From positions 28,685 through 92,684 of IMG/VR virus record IMGVR_UViG_3300037553_000311: a DNA stretch of 64,000 nucleotides; one strand, given 5' to 3'. Shown piece after piece: positions 40,325 through 50,931 of the stretch. Positions within the stretch are counted from its first letter, which is position 1, and each line of letters opens with the position of its first letter. The position numbers were made by a program, and so were the translations under genes. A model generated the notes under the pieces. That model made no database searches, had not been told where the DNA came from, and worked only from the letters and a program-made list of their open reading frames with translations. The stretch is from a virus.

Positions 40325-41680
40325 ATGGATGTGAATGAGAATAATGAACGTGGAAGTATGAGTGCACTTACTAGTGTATACGGTGGTACTAGTCATGACG
40401 TCTTCGAAGGAGTAGCTATCGATACTAATAATGATATCATCTGCGTCGGGTATACTGCTAGTGAGGGTAGTGGAGATGATGATGCATTAGTAGTTAAGTT
40501 CAGTGGTAGCGATCTCAGTATACTAGCTAGGAAAGTATACGGTGGTATTGGTACTGACTACTTCTGGGGAGTAGCTATCGATACTAATAATGATATCATC
40601 TGCGCAGGGTATACTTATAGTGAAGGTAGTGGTAGTCCATCATACAGCAGTGCTTTAGTAGTTAAGTTCAGCGGTAGTGATCTTAGTATACTAGCTAGGA
40701 AAGTATACGGTGGAGCTGACACTGACTACTTCAATGGAGTAGTTACTGATGATAATAATGATATCATATGTGCTGGGAATACTTATAGTGAAGGTAGTGG
40801 CGGTGCCGATGCATTAGTAGTTAAGTTCAGTGGTAGCGATCTTAGTATACTAGCTAAGAAGATATACGGCGACATTAGTACTGACTACTTCTATGGAGTA
40901 GCTATCGATACTAATAATAACATCATATGTACTGGGTATACCACTAGTGAGGGTAGTGGAAATGTTGATACATTAGTAGTTAAGTTCAGTGGTAGCGATC
41001 TTAGTATACTAGCTAGGAAAGTATATGGTGGAGATGACACTGACTACTTCTATGGAGTAGCTACTGATGCTAATAATGATATCGTCTGTGTCGGATATAC
41101 CACTAGTGAGGGTAGTGGGGATGTTGATGCTTTAGTAGTTAAGTTCAGTGGTATTGATCTTAGTATACTATCTAGTAAGGTATACGGTGGTACTGAGGAT
41201 GACTACTTCTTCGGAGTAGTAGTCGATACTAATAATAACATCATCTGTGCAGGGTATACTAAAAGTGAAGGTAGTGGTGGTACCGATATTTTAGTAGTTA
41301 AGTTCAGTGGTAGCGATCTTAGTATACTAGCTAAGAAAGTATACGGTGGTACTGGTGATGATATCTTATATGGAGTAGCTACCGATACTAATAATAACAT
41401 CATATGTACTGGGAATACATATAGTGAAGGTAGTGGTAGTCCGATATACAGCAGTGCATTAGTAGTTAAGTTACCTAGCGACATACCTGCTGGTACTTTC
41501 GTAGGTCCAGTATTCACTAACTTAACTCTTCAAGATAGTAACCTAACCTTAGCTGATAGTATTTTAACATTAGCTGATAGTAACCTAACCTTAGCAGATA
41601 GTAACCTAACCTTAGCTGATAGTACATTAACCTTAACTGATAGTGATCTTACTCAAGAAGTCGACACTATGGAACTGTAG
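40325..41680 (+). CDS. Beta-propeller repeat protein with C-terminal LADSNLT heptapeptide repeats
   Basis: Seven blade repeats plus a 21-bp tandem repeat tail. Confidence 0.85.
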   Translation: MDVNENNERGSMSALTSVYGGTSHDVFEGVAIDTNNDIICVGYTASEGSGDDDALVVKFSGSDLSILARKVYGGIGTDYFWGVAIDTNNDIICAGYTYSEGSGSPSYSSALVVKFSGSDLSILARKVYGGADTDYFNGVVTDDNNDIICAGNTYSEGSGGADALVVKFSGSDLSILAKKIYGDISTDYFYGVAIDTNNNIICTGYTTSEGSGNVDTLVVKFSGSDLSILARKVYGGDDTDYFYGVATDANNDIVCVGYTTSEGSGDVDALVVKFSGIDLSILSSKVYGGTEDDYFFGVVVDTNNNIICAGYTKSEGSGGTDILVVKFSGSDLSILAKKVYGGTGDDILYGVATDTNNNIICTGNTYSEGSGSPIYSSALVVKLPSDIPAGTFVGPVFTNLTLQDSNLTLADSILTLADSNLTLADSNLTLADSTLTLTDSDLTQEVDTMEL

Positions 41681-41730
41681 TAATACATACATCCAACTAG
41701 TGTATGTAATCTAATATAGGAGGATTTACA

Positions 41731-43095
41731 ATGGATGTGAATGAGAATAATGAACGTGGAAGTATGAGTGTACTTACTAGTGTATACGGTGGTACTAATC
41801 ATGACGTCTTCGAAGGAGTAGTTACTGACTCTAAAGGTGATATCATCTGTGTCGGGTATACTAGTAGTGAAGGTAGTGGAGATGTTGATGCATTAGTAGT
41901 TAAGTTCAGTGGTAGCGATCTTAGTATACTAGCTAGGAAAGTATACGGTGGCACTGGCACTGACTACTTCAATGGAGTAGCTACTGACTCTAATAATGAT
42001 ATCATCTGTATTGGGATTACTGGTAGTGGTAGTGGTAGTCCGATATACAGCAGTGCATTAGTAGTTAAGTTCAGTGGTAGCGATCTCAGTATACTAACTA
42101 AGAAAGTATACGATGATGATGTACATGACCGCTTCTATGGAGTAGCTACTGACTCTAATAATAATAATATCATCTGTACTGGGATTACTGGTAGTGAAGA
42201 TAGTAGTGGTAATAATACATTAGTAGTTAAGTTCAGTGGTAATGATCTTAGTATACTAGCTAGGAAAGTATATGGTGGTACTAGTACCGACTACTTCTAT
42301 GGAGTAGCTACCGATACTAATAATAACATCATATGTGCTGGGAATACTTATAGTGAAGGCGGTGGCAATAATGATGCATTAGTAGTTAAGTTCAGTGGTA
42401 GCGATCTTAGCATACTAGCTAGGAAAGTATACGGTGGCACTGGCACTGACCGCTTCTATGGAGTAGCTACCGATACTAGTGATGATATCGTCTGTGTTGG
42501 GATTACTAATAGTGAAGGTAGTGGTAGTCCATCATATAACAGTGCATTAGTAGTTAAGTTCAGTGGTAATGATCTTAGTATACTAGCTAGAAAAGTATAC
42601 GGTGGAGCTAGTGATGACTACTTCCGTGGAGTAACTACTGATGCTAATAATGATATCATCTGTGTCGGGTATACTAAAAGAGAAGGTAGTGATAGTCCTA
42701 CATACAGAAGTACATTAGTAGTTAAGTTCAGTGGTAGTGATCTTATTATACTAGCTAGTAAAGTATATGGTGGAGCTGGTACTGATATATTCCATGGAGT
42801 AGTTACTAATACTAACGGTGATATCGTGTGTGTTGGGAATACTTATAGTGAAGGCGGTGGTGGTACTGATGCGTTGGTAGTTAAGTTACCTAGTGATATA
42901 CCTACTGGTACATTCACCAGTACCATACGCACTAACTCAACTCTCCAAGATAGTAACCTAACCTTAGCAGATAGCACTTTAACATTAGCTGATAGTAACC
43001 TAACCTTAGCAGATAATGATCTTACATTAACTGATAGTACATTAACCTTAGCAGATAGTGATCTTACTCAAGAATCTGATACTATGGAACTGTAG
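41731..43095 (+). CDS. Beta-propeller repeat protein with C-terminal LADSNLT repeats (tandem duplicate)
   Basis: Same N- and C-termini as 40325-41680. Confidence 0.85.
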   Translation: MDVNENNERGSMSVLTSVYGGTNHDVFEGVVTDSKGDIICVGYTSSEGSGDVDALVVKFSGSDLSILARKVYGGTGTDYFNGVATDSNNDIICIGITGSGSGSPIYSSALVVKFSGSDLSILTKKVYDDDVHDRFYGVATDSNNNNIICTGITGSEDSSGNNTLVVKFSGNDLSILARKVYGGTSTDYFYGVATDTNNNIICAGNTYSEGGGNNDALVVKFSGSDLSILARKVYGGTGTDRFYGVATDTSDDIVCVGITNSEGSGSPSYNSALVVKFSGNDLSILARKVYGGASDDYFRGVTTDANNDIICVGYTKREGSDSPTYRSTLVVKFSGSDLIILASKVYGGAGTDIFHGVVTNTNGDIVCVGNTYSEGGGGTDALVVKLPSDIPTGTFTSTIRTNSTLQDSNLTLADSTLTLADSNLTLADNDLTLTDSTLTLADSDLTQESDTMEL

Positions 43096-43143
43096 TAATG
43101 TACACCTAACTAGTGTATGTAATCTAATATAGGAGGCTTTACA

Positions 43144-43788
43144 ATGGATGTGAACGAGACTAATGAACGTGGAAACATAGCTGAGAAAGTATATGGTGGT
43201 ACTGGTATTGATAGGTTCTATGAGGTAGTTACCGACACTAATAATGACATCATCTGTGTCGGGTATACTGCTAGTGAAGATAGTAATTGTTGGTATGCAT
43301 TAGTAGTTAAGTTTAGTGGTAGTGATTTGAGTATACTAGCTAGGAAGGTATACGGTGGTACTGGTACCGAATACTTCCATGGAGTTACTACTGATACTAA
43401 TAATGATATCATCTGCGCTGGGATTACTGGTAGTGATGATGCATTAGTAGTTAAGTTCAGCGGTACTGATCTTAGTATATTATCTAGTAAGGTATACGGT
43501 GGTAGTGGTGATGACTGCTTCAATGGAGTAACTACTGACTCTAATAATGATATCATATGCACTGGGATTACTGATAGTGAAGGTAGTGGTGGTGCTGATG
43601 CATTAGTAGTTAAGTTCAGCGGTACTGATCTTAGTATACTATCTAGTAAGGTATACGGTGGTAGTGGTGATGACTGCTTCAATGGAGTAACTACTGACTC
43701 TAATAATGATACCGTCTGTGTCGGGTACACTAGTAGTGATGGTGATGATGCATTAGTAGTTAAGTTTAGTGGTAATGATCCTACCTGA
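43144..43788 (+). CDS. Beta-propeller repeat protein, four repeats
   Basis: Third MDVNE-start copy, truncated. Confidence 0.8.
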   Translation: MDVNETNERGNIAEKVYGGTGIDRFYEVVTDTNNDIICVGYTASEDSNCWYALVVKFSGSDLSILARKVYGGTGTEYFHGVTTDTNNDIICAGITGSDDALVVKFSGTDLSILSSKVYGGSGDDCFNGVTTDSNNDIICTGITDSEGSGGADALVVKFSGTDLSILSSKVYGGSGDDCFNGVTTDSNNDTVCVGYTSSDGDDALVVKFSGNDPT

Positions 43789-43930
43789 GTAGTACTAGTA
43801 GTCAAGTACCTACCTACCTGCCTAGCTAAGTTAGCTAGGCAGGTAGGTATATTAGGTAGGTAACTACTTATATTTTTTTACTAATTACTAAGGTTACTAT
43901 CTATAGGTAGAAGTGCCATTTCAACAACTT

Positions 43931-43953
43931 TCAGGTATATATTAAGATAGTAG
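43931..43953 (+). promoter_or_regulatory. Putative early promoter (variant identical to 14053)
   Basis: tcaggtatatattaagatagtag. Confidence 0.6.
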
Positions 43954-43963
43954 TATAGGATAT

Positions 43964-44101
43964 TAAGAGTAGTACCTAGTCTTTAGTTCCTAGGTTGAAA
44001 GGTAGGGAAATCAAAGAACGATGAGTTAGTGCGTAAACTTACCAGTACAACTACTGGGTTGATAACGCATATAAGTACCTTAGGAGGGTATGAATATGAA
44101 A
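43964..44101 (+). repeat. Structured leader B, copy 3
   Basis: Same as 14086 with one deletion and one insertion. Confidence 0.9.
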
Positions 44102-44494
44102 TTTAAACAAGACGGATACGGTATAGTAATTAAAATGATCCAAGAAACATGTGGTATCGAAATCGATATCACATACGAAGATAGGAATCAAGTGATTCCT
44201 ATCGAGCAGTTCTCTCCAGGATTAAGACGTGCCGACGTATTGTTAGAGGATGGTAAACTCTACTTAGTCGATAATAAGTTAGATTCAGATATAAGCACTG
44301 TTGTAAAGGTAGATATAGATTGTGTTGATTCACATCGTGTGGATCGACAGGATGTGAGTACAAAAGGGCGGCTGGAAATCGCAGCCGTTGGAGGTAACAA
44401 ATGTTGCCTCAAGGAGGTTCAGTTTCAAAGATGCGTTAGTATGATACTAATTGAGTTCAGTGAAAATGAACTAGGTAGTAACCCGCTAATCTGA
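44090..44494 (+). CDS. Hypothetical cassette protein
   Basis: Follows leader B; ends before a CCTACCTACC hairpin. Confidence 0.75.
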   Translation: MNMKFKQDGYGIVIKMIQETCGIEIDITYEDRNQVIPIEQFSPGLRRADVLLEDGKLYLVDNKLDSDISTVVKVDIDCVDSHRVDRQDVSTKGRLEIAAVGGNKCCLKEVQFQRCVSMILIEFSENELGSNPLI

Positions 44495-44712
44495 ACTAAT
44501 ATATACCTACCTACCTAGCTAATGTAGCTAGGTAGGTAGATGACTGTATGTGGTTATATTTTTTAGTAGATTGCTAATGTTACTATCCATGATGACTCTC
44601 AAAGTACCCTACCTGTATAGAGATATACGTGAAGCTGTTTTCAGAGCTAAAATGGCGACACCAGCTCTTGTAAACGTGGGATGCTTGAAGCGTTCTAACG
44701 TAACTATGTATT

Positions 44713-44735
44713 TCAGGTATATATTACTATAGTAG
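44713..44735 (+). promoter_or_regulatory. Putative early promoter
   Basis: tcaggtatatattactatagtag. Confidence 0.75.
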
Positions 44736-44838
44736 AGATACATCAGATACAACCAGATGTACCTCTACTGATCTCTGATTAGTAAGCATATCAGATACTA
44801 TATATTAAATACACTACATTCCTTTAGGAGGGAAACTT

Positions 44839-45429
44839 ATGATCAAATTAAATGCAACAGTAGGGTTAGGTCAATTGGTTGGCTTATCTGGTACTGATGA
44901 GTTACTGGGTCAGATTAACAATTCACTGAGTAATAGTAACTTCTTCAACTCAATCGATGATATCTTAACTAAGGGGCGTCAGTTATATGTAACTAATATA
45001 ATCAACCCTATTAAAGCTATTGGTAATACTATCAAGAATCAGATAGCTGGATTCATTGTCACTAATGAGATAATGGTAATAGATACTGAAGACACATTAG
45101 CTAATGTTCCATCAGTGATGCATCTACCCATATTACAATATAAACCTATACGTGATCTATATGACGAAGGTAGGATCTTTGGATTTGGAGCTGACTTCAT
45201 ACCAGATGGTGACCCATATGGTAGACTCATATCTAATGGAGCTGTAGAAGATGTAGCTGAAGCTATGGATAAGGAAGGTTACATTGAACATAAATATAGA
45301 TTTGAATCTACTGACCCTATATTAACATTCGGTGAGTTAGATAAGATCTGCGCTACTAGAGAATTTGTAGATAAGATATTAAGCGAGACTAATTTCGATC
45401 CTACAGATATGCCTAACGATAAGGGCTAA
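44839..45429 (+). CDS. Conserved jumbo-phage hypothetical protein (phiKZ gp59-like, tentative)
   Basis: C-terminal DPT motif; position in the nvRNAP block. Confidence 0.55.
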   Translation: MIKLNATVGLGQLVGLSGTDELLGQINNSLSNSNFFNSIDDILTKGRQLYVTNIINPIKAIGNTIKNQIAGFIVTNEIMVIDTEDTLANVPSVMHLPILQYKPIRDLYDEGRIFGFGADFIPDGDPYGRLISNGAVEDVAEAMDKEGYIEHKYRFESTDPILTFGELDKICATREFVDKILSETNFDPTDMPNDKG

Positions 45430-45488
45430 ACTTATATTCATATCACCAGTACTGATTTCATAGTACTGGTGATATATGGAGAATAGAT

Positions 45489-45890
45489 ATGAATACAGTA
45501 ATACCTACATTAAAGACAGAAGTCAGTTATCTGACTAGTCCGATTGATATCGTGAAGCATGTATTACAACATTACTTTCATGCTCCTAAGAGTATCAATG
45601 ATACATTCGCTGATAGTGCAATATCTTTTCGTCATGATGATGCTACATCTGGTGCTGATCCAGCTGCACTGACACTGAAAGTCACTAATGTACTCACTGA
45701 TACGTTCTCTAAGTATTTTCCATCAGCTACTACTATCGATGTAGATGTGAATTATATTCGAATAGATGATGTCAGATATGATATCGTATTAGATATCATA
45801 GTAGTGATAGATGGAGTACCATATACATTTGAAGAAAGCTACACTACTGATGATGAAGGACATCTGACATATAAGTATAAAGGTGAGTGA
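45489..45890 (+). CDS. Hypothetical protein
   Basis: GGAG RBS; overlaps the ligase start. Confidence 0.7.
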   Translation: MNTVIPTLKTEVSYLTSPIDIVKHVLQHYFHAPKSINDTFADSAISFRHDDATSGADPAALTLKVTNVLTDTFSKYFPSATTIDVDVNYIRIDDVRYDIVLDIIVVIDGVPYTFEESYTTDDEGHLTYKYKGE

Positions 45891-47853
45891 TATGGATAAA
45901 GCTAAGCTAGATATATTAGTACATGATCTCAAGTTACATAATCATAGATATTATAATCTCAATGCTCCCATCATCAGTGATGTCGAATATGACAGACTAT
46001 ACTCTATATTTTTAGAGTATAAAGCTAAGTATCCAGATATAGAAGATCCGATAGGATCACCTAGTGGTGATATCATACATAAGAATAAGATGTTATCTAT
46101 CTTATCTACTACTGATAAGAGTGAGTTATCTGATAGATTATTGAAGATGATAGGTAACTCACAGTTTGATATCATAGCTGATTACAAAGCTGATGGTCTA
46201 GCACTAGAGTTAGTATATGGTAAGGATAATCTCTTATCAGGTGCATCTACTAGAGGTGATGGTATCGTAGGTGATGATGTATTATCTAATGCAAGATATA
46301 TACTCAATGTAGTACCAAAGATGAGTACATGTTGCATATATGGTGAAGTAGTATTATCAAAGAAGAACTTTAAGATAGTCAATGATTACAAACGTAAAAT
46401 AGGTGATGCTGCATTTACTAATGCAAGGAATGCTGCATCTGGTATATTGAGGTCATCTAGATATCCTAATAATGTAGTGGAGTTATTGACATTCATCCCA
46501 TATGGTACAGATCTAGATAAACCCACTCATACTGATAAGTTAGTAGCATTGGCAGATGCTGGTTTCATAACACAACCACATATCACCTGTACTAGCACAG
46601 ATGATATCATTAGAGCATGTGATGATATATCACGTATTCGTAACGACATAGGTTACGATATAGATGGTATCGTATTTAAAGTAAATGACGTAGCACTACA
46701 ACAAGAATTATGTAGTGGTAATAAGCACCCTAATCATATGGTGGCATATAAGTTTCCAGCTAGTAACACTATCACTACACTGAATGAGGTAGTATTCCAA
46801 GTAGGTAGGACTGGTAGGATCTCACCAGTAGGTATAGTGACTCCAGTCACTATCAGTGGTATATTGATCAAGCGAGTATCATTACACAATATCAATGATA
46901 TCAATGATAAAGATCTCAAGATAGGTGATAAAGTAATATTAGAACGTGCAGGTGATGTCATACCTGCTATAATAGAATCATTAGTAGAAGAACGCACTGG
47001 GGATGAGATTGATATCGTATTCCCTACAACCTGTCCTACATGTCACAGTGAAGTAGCATTTGATAATACTCATTACACATGCACTAATGACGACTGCTTA
47101 GCTAAGTTATCTGGTAATCTCATGTATGCAATTGGTAGGAAAGCATTCAATATGAAAGGTATAGGTCCAAAGGTATGTGATAAGTTAGTAGCATGTGGTC
47201 TCATATCAGATGTCAGTGATCTATTCACTTTAGATACCGATATAGCTAAACGTGATACTTTCATGAATGCATTGGGTATATCTATCGGTAGGGTAAATAA
47301 GTTACTCATCACAATAGATAACTCTAGGGTGATCACTTTTGCTAAATTCATTAAAGCATTGAGTATCCCTATGATTAGTGACGGATTAGCTAATTCGATT
47401 GCTAACAAATTCACTAGTATAGATAATCTACTATCATTAGATCCGATCACGATAGCTAATGAGCTTTCATATGTCCCAAATATAGGTAGGAATACTGTAG
47501 ATGCTGTAGCTGATTATTTTGATCCCAGTAATACGGGTAGATATAGTCGCATCCTAGTTGAGAAACTAATAGCTAATGGTGTGATTGTACAAGATCATCT
47601 AGATGTATCAGTATCTAATAAGAATGTAGTATTTGTGATCACTGGTAAATTTGATAATACCTCTAGAGTAGAGTTAGCTAAGCGTATTGATGAAAGTCAA
47701 ATCGGTATAGTGGAACGACGTTTAACTGGTAAGACTAAGTACTTAGTTGTAGGAGATAGTGCTGGAAAAAGTAAGGTGGATAAGGCAGTAAAAATGAATA
47801 TACCTATGATAACCTTAGATGAACTTAATAAAATGATACAAGGAGCGATATGA
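45883..47853 (+). CDS. ligA: NAD-dependent DNA ligase
   Basis: YY...P.ISD.EYD, KADG, TRGDG.VG, RNAASG, DGIVFK, AYKF, VGRTG, RAGDVIP, zinc finger, HhH and BRCT. Confidence 0.97.
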   Translation: MSDMDKAKLDILVHDLKLHNHRYYNLNAPIISDVEYDRLYSIFLEYKAKYPDIEDPIGSPSGDIIHKNKMLSILSTTDKSELSDRLLKMIGNSQFDIIADYKADGLALELVYGKDNLLSGASTRGDGIVGDDVLSNARYILNVVPKMSTCCIYGEVVLSKKNFKIVNDYKRKIGDAAFTNARNAASGILRSSRYPNNVVELLTFIPYGTDLDKPTHTDKLVALADAGFITQPHITCTSTDDIIRACDDISRIRNDIGYDIDGIVFKVNDVALQQELCSGNKHPNHMVAYKFPASNTITTLNEVVFQVGRTGRISPVGIVTPVTISGILIKRVSLHNINDINDKDLKIGDKVILERAGDVIPAIIESLVEERTGDEIDIVFPTTCPTCHSEVAFDNTHYTCTNDDCLAKLSGNLMYAIGRKAFNMKGIGPKVCDKLVACGLISDVSDLFTLDTDIAKRDTFMNALGISIGRVNKLLITIDNSRVITFAKFIKALSIPMISDGLANSIANKFTSIDNLLSLDPITIANELSYVPNIGRNTVDAVADYFDPSNTGRYSRILVEKLIANGVIVQDHLDVSVSNKNVVFVITGKFDNTSRVELAKRIDESQIGIVERRLTGKTKYLVVGDSAGKSKVDKAVKMNIPMITLDELNKMIQGAI

Positions 47854-48056
47854 ATAAGCGTAGATTTGAAGTACTAGATGACCTAGAGAATGATATTAAG
47901 AAAGATATAGATCAATTAGCTAATGAATTTAGCGAAAGTGATAAATCAGATGATATCATTAAGACTAAGATCAGTAAGATCGAATACAAGTATAAATTAG
48001 CTAAACGTAAGCGTCGTAAGATGTCAAATTTATCAAGGAAGGTCAATCGTAAATAA
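47850..48056 (+). CDS. Small basic hypothetical protein
   Basis: AGGAG RBS; ATGA overlap with the ligase stop. Confidence 0.65.
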   Translation: MNKRRFEVLDDLENDIKKDIDQLANEFSESDKSDDIIKTKISKIEYKYKLAKRKRRKMSNLSRKVNRK

Positions 48057-48166
48057 GCATGTATACCACTATAGCTTACGTTATAGTGGTATATTTTTTA
48101 ATTAATCAGCTACATATCTATAGGTGATAGTGATTGATTTACCTTCAAATATTAAAGGAGAAAGTA

Positions 48167-48748
48167 ATGAGTGATAATGATGTATTACAATCAAATGAGA
48201 CTAAGTTAATAGATAGGTTAGATGCAGCACTTACTGAGTTAGAGGATGCTAATAACGTCATTACATTATCTCAGTTTCGTAAGTATGAGCCTCTATTTAA
48301 AAGGAAGACAGATATATCTTTTGATCAGATACAAGAGCTATCAAAAGATCTACTAGGACGTTTCTCTCTATATTCACCTATCAAAATCACTGATCATACT
48401 GGTAAATTGTTATTTAAAGTACCACGATTATTCATACCTGTGAATGATATCAACGAAGAGTATAAGCATCTATTGACTAAGTTTTATAATGATAGTGGAT
48501 CTGATATACCTAAGTATGCATCTGAAGCTACTAATAGTGTATTGTTAGCTATACTCAAGTCACAGGAAGATATCACAGATACTTCATATCAGGAGTATAT
48601 CAAGGAACTTAGAGATGAGTATGATGCTGATATCGTAGAGTTTCAAGATCTGATGGACAGTGGTACTGCTAAGGATACTAAAACCACTGATGATATTAAG
48701 GAAGTATCTGTAGATATAAATAAATTAGAAGGACTCAGTTGGACATAG
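48167..48748 (+). CDS. Hypothetical protein
   Basis: AAGGAG RBS before the ATG at 48167. Confidence 0.7.
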   Translation: MSDNDVLQSNETKLIDRLDAALTELEDANNVITLSQFRKYEPLFKRKTDISFDQIQELSKDLLGRFSLYSPIKITDHTGKLLFKVPRLFIPVNDINEEYKHLLTKFYNDSGSDIPKYASEATNSVLLAILKSQEDITDTSYQEYIKELRDEYDADIVEFQDLMDSGTAKDTKTTDDIKEVSVDINKLEGLSWT

Positions 48749-48769
48749 CGAGATAAGAGGGGATTTATC

Positions 48770-49873
48770 ATGAGTGGCTTGAAGATCATACATACTTCAG
48801 ATTGGCATTTTGGACATGGGAGAGTAGATACAGATGATACTATCTCAGATATTAGAAAGTACTTATTCCCTAAGTTAGTAGATGCTGATATATTAGTTAT
48901 AGCTGGGGATATATTTGATAACAGTATCAGTATAAACTCTAAAGATGCAGCTAGTGTATTAGCATTCTTTGTAGATGTGTTTTATAAATGCTATGAGCAT
49001 AATGTCATACTTCGCATATTGTTAGGTACATTCAGTCATGATAGGAATCAGATCAAATCTATTGAACGCTTATACAGTAGGTTTAATATACCATTAGATT
49101 TTAGATACATTGATACTATCGATGTAGAGTATATAGCTAAGGTAGATACTTCATTTCTATACTTACCTGATAACTTACCATATAAGACTAAGCATGAAGT
49201 ATTTGAACAAGTAGATAAGTTACTCATAGGAGCTGATATATCTAAAGTAGATTATGTAATCAACCATGGTGAGTTTAACCATGCTACATATGGATATATC
49301 AATGACAATGCGTATGATGTATCTGACTTTAAAGATATATGTAAGTATCTGGTACTTTCTGGACATATACACAATAAGAGTAAACGAGGTAATGTCCTCT
49401 ACGCTGGTAGTATCAATAGACTAGCGCATAATGAAGAATCAGCTAAAGGCTTCTGGTACATAGAAGGTACTGATACTAAATTCATTACTAATACGTCAGC
49501 TACACAGTTTATAACTGAGACATATGAAGGTACTGATTTAGATACCTTACTCAAGTATCATGATGAATTGATAGCGTCTAAGTTTGATCCTAATCGTAGA
49601 GGATATCTGAGACTCATCATAGATGACGTACATATCAGACAAGCTGTACGAAAGTATCATGATAAGCAAGAGTTTAACGTAGTACTGACATTTAAGATCA
49701 ATAAGAAGCAGAGTGATCAATTCGATCTCAATATCAAAGCTGAGCGTACAGAGATCCTAGTAGCACCTTCTGAAGCTACTATATCCACTATCGTATCTGA
49801 ACACCTAATTAAGACTAAAGCTACTAATCTACCACTCGATACTATCAAATCAATCATCTTCGATCATACATGA
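48770..49873 (+). CDS. sbcD: SbcD/Mre11-like metallophosphoesterase nuclease
   Basis: SDWH, AGDIFD, GT.SHD, HG, GHIH and YAGS. Confidence 0.9.
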   Translation: MSGLKIIHTSDWHFGHGRVDTDDTISDIRKYLFPKLVDADILVIAGDIFDNSISINSKDAASVLAFFVDVFYKCYEHNVILRILLGTFSHDRNQIKSIERLYSRFNIPLDFRYIDTIDVEYIAKVDTSFLYLPDNLPYKTKHEVFEQVDKLLIGADISKVDYVINHGEFNHATYGYINDNAYDVSDFKDICKYLVLSGHIHNKSKRGNVLYAGSINRLAHNEESAKGFWYIEGTDTKFITNTSATQFITETYEGTDLDTLLKYHDELIASKFDPNRRGYLRLIIDDVHIRQAVRKYHDKQEFNVVLTFKINKKQSDQFDLNIKAERTEILVAPSEATISTIVSEHLIKTKATNLPLDTIKSIIFDHT

Positions 49874-49875
49874 TC

Positions 49876-49898
49876 TCAAGTATATATTACCATAGTAG
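49876..49898 (+). promoter_or_regulatory. Putative early promoter
   Basis: tcaagtatatattaccatagtag. Confidence 0.7.
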
Positions 49899-49928
49899 AA
49901 GGTATCAGATACTACTCAATCATAGGAG

Positions 49929-50789
49929 ATGATCATGGATAAACATAGTAATCAAGAGATAGATAAGTTCCAAATCCAGTTCCCAGGTATCAGTTATGGT
50001 ACATTATATGTATTATTGACTCTACTGAAACATGCGAATGATCCAGCTAATGTCAAGCATAATGTATTCGTAATCAATTTAGGAACTATAGTGCGTAATT
50101 GCTTAGATGCATCATTATCTGATGAATCTATCATCACTAATGTAATGCTTGATGCAGAAACATTAGTGAGATCTATTGGTCAGTATAATACTAATAAGGT
50201 CAAAGTAGTCTGGTACGCACATCCAGAATTGAGACAGATGATATATGCTCCAGTTCGGAGACCAGATACTAAACCTAGGGTAGCAGTAGAACGTATTACT
50301 ACTAAATTACTAGCTAGACTCAAGGTCAGTAATAACAAGTTAGTAATGTTACCTGAAGCTAATGCTAATGTAGATGAATACATATTACGTATATATAAAC
50401 AGTATGCATATAAGGTACTAGCTAGATATATTAAAGGTAGGATAGCTAATGATGAACCAAGATTATGCATGATAACTCATGTATCATTGGATCTATTACT
50501 AGCTGAAGTAGTCAAGAATATCACACTACTGGAATGTCATACTGGTAAATATATCACTAGGGAAGGTTTTGGGTATAAAGTATTTAAGACAGAACGTAGA
50601 TCGTTTAACAGGACAGCGTTAAAAGCATTTGGTGATAAGGATTTAATAAAGCCTCAGATACGTCTAACTAAGAAGAATAAAGACAAACTAGCTGTAGCTG
50701 ACTTATCTACAATCACGGAGAAAGAATTATATGCAATACTGACAGTAGATCTCAAGATCGACCCATTCGATCTAGCTTACGAGATCTAA
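49929..50789 (+). CDS. Conserved hypothetical protein (possibly PIN/5-prime nuclease-like)
   Basis: INL.T.VRN, ITH...DLL, LLECHTG and FGD motifs of a phiKZ core gene following SbcD. Confidence 0.55.
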   Translation: MIMDKHSNQEIDKFQIQFPGISYGTLYVLLTLLKHANDPANVKHNVFVINLGTIVRNCLDASLSDESIITNVMLDAETLVRSIGQYNTNKVKVVWYAHPELRQMIYAPVRRPDTKPRVAVERITTKLLARLKVSNNKLVMLPEANANVDEYILRIYKQYAYKVLARYIKGRIANDEPRLCMITHVSLDLLLAEVVKNITLLECHTGKYITREGFGYKVFKTERRSFNRTALKAFGDKDLIKPQIRLTKKNKDKLAVADLSTITEKELYAILTVDLKIDPFDLAYEI

Positions 50790-50931
50790 AAACCCGACCT
50801 AGCTAAGTAGTTAGGTAGATATAAGTTTTAACTAGAAAAGTATATGATGTAGTAGTAATAGTAATAGTACCAGAATAACTTAACCGGTAAGTTATCCTAT
50901 ATAACCTAAGTAATGATAAAGGAGTTATCTA

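Noticed and set aside
40325-43788. Propeller paralogs as diversity-generating retroelement targets
   Set aside because: No reverse transcriptase or non-coding template repeat in the window; differences are not visibly adenine-specific.
43218-43805. Minus-strand ORFs overlapping propeller and other genes (e.g. 28645-29091, 16359-16745, 1690-2091)
   Set aside because: Antisense shadows of repetitive or biased coding sequence, without RBS.
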